From contig CAWDXG010000001.1 in NCBI GenBank assembly GCA_963806225.1, forward strand, positions 1,024,001 to 1,088,000: a stretch of 64,000 nt of DNA, read 5' to 3'. Positions 59,842 through 64,000 of the stretch are shown in pieces. This DNA is from an uncultured delta proteobacterium. GTDB lineage: Bacteria; Myxococcota_A; Polyangia; Polyangiales; Polyangiaceae. The notes below the pieces were generated by a model. It was not told the DNA's origin, made no database searches, and saw only the letters and a list, made by a program, of their open reading frames with translations. The position numbers were made by a program, and so were the translations under genes. Every line of letters starts with the position of its first letter. The first letter of the stretch is position 1.

Positions 59842-60330
59842 TCAAGGTGCGGCGCGCGCCGGCACCAGCCCCTCGTCGGCCAGCCGCGCGTGGATGCGCG
59901 TCGCCGACAGGGAGCTCAGATCGCGCGTGAGCTCCATGACGCGCAGGCTGGCGGGCAGAGCCGACCCAAGCTCGACGCGCAGGAAACCGAGCATGCGCGG
60001 GTCCGCGACCAGCACGAGGTGCTCGACCCGCCGCTCGCGCGAGAAGCTCGTGATCTCGGCAGCGAGGCGCCGTGCGAACCTCCGCTCGAACTCGTCCTTG
60101 TGCCGGCCTCTGTGGTCGTCGTAGCCGTGGCCGGGCCCGTTACCCGGTGCCTGGTTGCGACCGCTCTTGAGGTTCGAGAAGAGCTCGCGGCTGCGTTGGG
60201 CCTTCTCGGGATTGACGAGATCGCGACGCTCCGCGAGATCAGGGCCGCCTTCCAGCTCTGGTATTCCGGCCTGCTCCAGAGTGAAGAAGCGGGCGCGGGA
60301 ACCGTCGGCGACAACGATGCAGTAGTTCAT
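59842..60330 (-). CDS. Host attachment protein family (AtsE / baeRF12-like)
   Basis: IVVADGSRARFF, FARRLA, LVLVADPRMLGFLR, ELTRDL. Confidence 0.88.
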   Translation of the reverse strand: MNYCIVVADGSRARFFTLEQAGIPELEGGPDLAERRDLVNPEKAQRSRELFSNLKSGRNQAPGNGPGHGYDDHRGRHKDEFERRFARRLAAEITSFSRERRVEHLVLVADPRMLGFLRVELGSALPASLRVMELTRDLSSLSATRIHARLADEGLVPARAAP

Positions 60331-60608
60331 GGGCGCATGTCCCCCGTCGTGCGGATGAAGCGGTGGGGCTCCACCACCACTGAAGCAAGGGTCGGACCAG
60401 TCTCCGTACGGCGGACGCACGTTTCCCGGCCTTCGGGATGTACGAGGTTCGAAAGGTGTTCCTTTGTGCCCCTGTTGCGCCGGAATGACACACTCGCGGA
60501 ACAGCACCACGGTGCGGCGCCAGGATGGAAAAACGTGGCGATCGGGCGCAACAGCCCCCGCCCCCCGAGGTTGCCGTTGCCTCCCGACCCGCCACGGACG
60601 TTGGCATG

Positions 60609-60624
60609 TGCAGGCTTCGTACCA
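60609..60624 (-). promoter_or_regulatory. Possible sigma-54 promoter toward the host-attachment gene
   Basis: Minus strand TGGTACGAAGCCTGCA, GG-N10-GC; 280 nt from the ATG. Confidence 0.4.
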
Positions 60625-60743
60625 GCGACCACGCGGCAGCGTTTGCCAGCGGAACGGCTCGTGCGCCGGAGGCAAGCGTTGCGCACGCATGATCCATCGG
60701 CGCACCGGCTGCGTTGCAGGGGGACCGATGGGCGCACTCCGGA

Positions 60744-60760
60744 TCGGCACGCCGTGTGCA
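60744..60760 (+). promoter_or_regulatory. Putative sigma-54 promoter for polX
   Basis: TCGGCACGCCGTGTGCA, GG-N10-GC, just upstream of the GGAG RBS. Confidence 0.55.
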
Positions 60761-60781
60761 GCTCCCGGGTCGGAGATGGGG

Positions 60782-62590
60782 ATGAGCTCGAAGGCGATCA
60801 CGAATGCCGACATCGCCCGCGCGCTGCGCGAGCTCGCGGTGTTCCTGGAGATGCACGACGTCCAGTTCAAGCCCCGCGCGTTCGAGAAAGCGGCATTCGC
60901 CGTAGAGGCGGCCGAACGCCCGCTCACCGGAGTCTACGCCGAAGGCGGCGTGCCCGCGCTCGAGAAGCTGCCTTCGGTCGGGCACGGCACCGCGAAACGC
61001 ATCGCCGAGCTCATCGACACGGGCAGCATCCAGGAGCTGGAGCGGGAACGCAGCGAGCTGCCCGTGGATGTGCTGGCGCTCACTTCGGTCCAGGGCATCG
61101 GACCGAAAACGGTTCGCGCCTTGCACGAAGCGCTCGGAATCCAGAGTGTGGACGAGCTGGAGAAGGCCGCCCGCGCCGGCCGCGTCCGCGAGGTCGCCGA
61201 GTTCGGCGAGAAGAGCGAGGAGAACATCCTGCGTGGCATCGAGGCGTATCGCGCTGTGCGCGGCCGCCGTCCGCTCGGCCAGGTCGTCGATCTGGTCACG
61301 CGCATCGAGGACCGCCTGCAGCGCCTGTCCGGCGTGCGTTCGGTCGCCGTGGCGGGCTCGGTCCGGCGTCGCCGCGACACGGTCGGGGATGTGGATATCC
61401 TGGTGGCCGCGGCGCAGCCGGGTCCAATCATGGAAGCCTTCGCGACCATGCCCGAGGTGGTCCGCGTCTACGCGCAGGGGGAGACCAGGACCAGCGTGCG
61501 GCTTTCGGTGGGCATCGATGCGGATCTGCGCGTGATCCACCCAGGCTCGTTCGGCGCGGCGCTGCAGTACTTCACCGGCAGCAAGGCTCACAACGTGGCG
61601 TTGCGCCGGATCGCGCGGCACAACGGGCTCAAGCTCAACGAGTATGGGCTCTTCCGCGCCGACCGGATGATCGTGGCGCGCAGCGAAGAGGAAATCTACG
61701 ACGCGCTTGGGCTCGCCTACATTCCTCCGGAGATGCGCGAGGACACCGGCGAGATCGAGCTCGCGCGCGACGGACGCCTGCCCCGCCTGATCAGACCGGG
61801 CACTCTCAAGGGAGACCTGCAGGTCCACAGCGACTGGTCGGATGGCAACAGCAGCATCCAGGAGATGGCCCTGGCGGCTCGCGGTCGCGGGCTCGAGTAC
61901 ATTGCCATCACCGACCACACCCGGGACCTGGCGATGACCGGTGGCCTCGACGAAACCGCGCTCGTCCAACAGAAGAAGGAGATCCGCCGACTCGACAGGC
62001 GACTCGACGGCATTCGCGTGCTGGCCGGCGCCGAGGTCAACATCCGCGCGGACGGCAGCCTGGACATCTCCGACCAGATCCTGGCTGACCTCGATGTCGT
62101 CGGAGCGGCCATCCACTCGCATTTCGAACAGTCGCGCGAGGAGATGACGGCGCGCCTCATCCGCGCGGTCGAAAACCCGCACGTCGACATCCTGTTCCAC
62201 CCGATGGCGCGTGCTCTGGGGCGTCGTCCCGCTGTCCAGGCCGACTGGGGCGCAGTACTCGACGCCGCGCGCCGTGCGGGGACCGTGCTGGAGGTCGACG
62301 CGCAGCCGGAGCGCCTGGACCTGCCGGACGAGTGGGTGCGCCATGCGGTGGAGGCGGGAGTGAAGCTGACGATCGACTCGGACGCACATCGCCCCCAGGA
62401 GCTCCGCTACGCCAACGACTTCGGGATCGGCGTCGCGCGTCGCGGATGGGCCCAGCGTGCCGACGTTCTGAACACACTTCCCTGTGAACGCCTGCTCGAG
62501 CAGCTCGGCCGCCAGTCCGTCCCGGAGGCGCCGCGCAGCGGCCACAGGCGCCGGCGACAGCGGGGTGCAGAGCACGGAGCGCACCGCTAG
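60782..62590 (+). CDS. polX: DNA polymerase X / PHP 3'-5' exonuclease
   Basis: HhH motifs, GSVRRRRDTVGDVDIL, YFTGSKAHN, LNEYGLF, YIPPEMRE; PHP GDLQVHSDWSDG, ITDH, DSDAH. Confidence 0.95.
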   Translation: MSSKAITNADIARALRELAVFLEMHDVQFKPRAFEKAAFAVEAAERPLTGVYAEGGVPALEKLPSVGHGTAKRIAELIDTGSIQELERERSELPVDVLALTSVQGIGPKTVRALHEALGIQSVDELEKAARAGRVREVAEFGEKSEENILRGIEAYRAVRGRRPLGQVVDLVTRIEDRLQRLSGVRSVAVAGSVRRRRDTVGDVDILVAAAQPGPIMEAFATMPEVVRVYAQGETRTSVRLSVGIDADLRVIHPGSFGAALQYFTGSKAHNVALRRIARHNGLKLNEYGLFRADRMIVARSEEEIYDALGLAYIPPEMREDTGEIELARDGRLPRLIRPGTLKGDLQVHSDWSDGNSSIQEMALAARGRGLEYIAITDHTRDLAMTGGLDETALVQQKKEIRRLDRRLDGIRVLAGAEVNIRADGSLDISDQILADLDVVGAAIHSHFEQSREEMTARLIRAVENPHVDILFHPMARALGRRPAVQADWGAVLDAARRAGTVLEVDAQPERLDLPDEWVRHAVEAGVKLTIDSDAHRPQELRYANDFGIGVARRGWAQRADVLNTLPCERLLEQLGRQSVPEAPRSGHRRRRQRGAEHGAHR

Positions 62591-62714
62591 CTGCGGGGCC
62601 TAAACGGCCGGGATCGCCTGAAGGTGGTGGGACGCGGCGCGATGTCGTAACCTATGGGCCGGACGCGGGACGCGGCGTCTCGAGCCGCTCCCCCCTTGAA
62701 TACGGTCTTCTACG

Positions 62715-63176
62715 ATGACGGATACCCAGAACAAGAGCAGCAATGCTGCGGATGTCGAAGACGCCATCCCGATGAAGCGGATGAAGCCGACCTGGCTGTT
62801 CGTCGCGGGAGGCGGCGTGCTGGTCGTGATCGGGCTCATCGTGTTCGCGATGCACGGCAGCGCGGACAGCCAGGCGGAGGTCAAGAAGCTCCAGCAGAAG
62901 GCCGGCGCCCAGTTGACGCCGGAGCAGGCGCGCGAGAAGCGCGAGGAGATGAAGGAGCACCTCAAGCTCACGCGCGGAGCCCTCGAGAAGGTCGCGGAGC
63001 AGGATAAGGCCGAGCAGTCTGCCGCGGCGGCGAAGAAGCAGCAGGAAGAGCAGCAGAAGCAGGAAGAAGCGCAGAAGGAGGCCACCCAGAAGGCCGCCAC
63101 TGTTCACCGGGTTGCGGGCAAGAAGATGAAGAAGTCGCTCGACAGCCTCGACAACTACGCGTCCCAGCTCAAGTAG
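62715..63176 (+). CDS. Hypothetical single-pass membrane protein, coiled coil
   Basis: One TM helix followed by a K/E/Q-rich helix. Confidence 0.75.
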   Translation: MTDTQNKSSNAADVEDAIPMKRMKPTWLFVAGGGVLVVIGLIVFAMHGSADSQAEVKKLQQKAGAQLTPEQAREKREEMKEHLKLTRGALEKVAEQDKAEQSAAAAKKQQEEQQKQEEAQKEATQKAATVHRVAGKKMKKSLDSLDNYASQLK

Positions 63177-63189
63177 CGCGACGGCGGCG

Positions 63190-63675
63190 CTAGCTGGCCG
63201 CGGGCAGCTGTGCGTGTGCGTGCACACCGTGCACGACCAGCACGGGACACGTGGCTCTACGCACGACGCGCTCTGCGACGCTGCCGAGCAGCCAGCGCGA
63301 AACGCCCGTGCGGCCGTGGCTTCCGATCACGATCAGGTCGTGCCCGTGTTCCCTCGCGTAGGCCACGATCGTGTCCGCGGGCGGACCGTGGAGAACCTGC
63401 ATGGTCACCTGCGCCCGCTGGTCGGGGAGGAGCTTCGCCAACAGCTGCTTCATGGCCGTGGCGGACCGGGCCTTGACGATCTCCGCCAGCGCGGGTCCCG
63501 CCGTGCCCTCGATCCAGACCACCAGATCGGGCCGGATGACGATGGGCGTTTCCCAGGCGTGCACCACTTCGACCTCTGCTCCGAGCCCCTGTGAAAGGAA
63601 CAGCGCCTGCTCCAGAGCGGCGTCGGCGCCCTCGGAGAAGTCGACCGGACAGAGGATCCTGCGGATCGGGACCAT
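63190..63675 (-). CDS. Universal stress protein
   Basis: [47 protein letters not shown]. Confidence 0.93.
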   Translation of the reverse strand: MVPIRRILCPVDFSEGADAALEQALFLSQGLGAEVEVVHAWETPIVIRPDLVVWIEGTAGPALAEIVKARSATAMKQLLAKLLPDQRAQVTMQVLHGPPADTIVAYAREHGHDLIVIGSHGRTGVSRWLLGSVAERVVRRATCPVLVVHGVHAHAQLPAAS

Positions 63676-63723
63676 CGTTCCTCCTCGCCGGGGACGCGGA
63701 GATGCACCCCCGACGATGGACGA

Positions 63724-63740
63724 AGCACACCTTGTGCCGG
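63724..63740 (-). promoter_or_regulatory. Putative sigma-54 promoter for the USP gene
   Basis: Minus strand CCGGCACAAGGTGTGCT, GG-N10-GC, about 49 nt upstream of the ATG. Confidence 0.6.
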
Positions 63741-64000
63741 CGTCCGCAGTCATGATGTCTGGCGGCCGGCGCGCCCTTCCGGTCGCGCGCGCAGGTTGTC
63801 CCTTTCGCAGGATGAGGAGCGTCGATGGAGCCCTTGCGGGCATTGCCTCTCTTGAGGTTTGTAGCGAATCTCGAGCTTTTCTAGTCGGCGGCTCTGCGGC
63901 TCATGTCTTCACCGCAACACCGGTGTGCGGGCCTGTTGCCGTGCCCGACACGGCTTTCGTCGCCGGCCGTCCGCCGGACCGGGCCGATCCGGTTTCATTC

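Noticed and set aside
60331..60743. ncRNA or hidden gene in the long spacer between the host-attachment gene and polX
   Set aside because: No recognisable RNA motif or credible ORF; consistent with divergent promoters and enhancer space

Overview
GC-rich (~70%) bacterial chromosomal segment, most likely from a myxobacterium (Myxococcota, Polyangiales/Sorangium-like). This assignment is inferred from the many Ser/Thr kinases, FHA proteins, sigma-54 activators, GYF/zinc-ribbon proteins, PilZ-like proteins and DUF4139 paralogues. About 55 densely packed CDSs are present; I saw no rRNA, tRNA, CRISPR array or mobile element. Notable content: (i) glycine-betaine methylation genes (GSMT, SDMT) next to a divergently transcribed His-Xaa-Ser-system radical SAM pair (HxsB, HxsC-like) with no visible precursor peptide; (ii) three DUF4139 paralogues, two of them about 99% identical at DNA level 24.8 kb apart, except for the signal peptide and a sharply bounded 72/78-bp internal cassette; (iii) several candidate sigma-54 promoters, three sharing a GTGTGC variant, in front of stress/dormancy-type genes (CBS pair, PolX, USP); (iv) an RpoD paralogue lacking region 1.1 and a nearby stand-alone sigma region-4 protein with a Cys/His cluster; (v) a glycogenin-like GT8. 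Five genes carry apparent +1 frameshifts, most likely sequencing or assembly errors. All family assignments come from motif recognition by eye, not from database searches.
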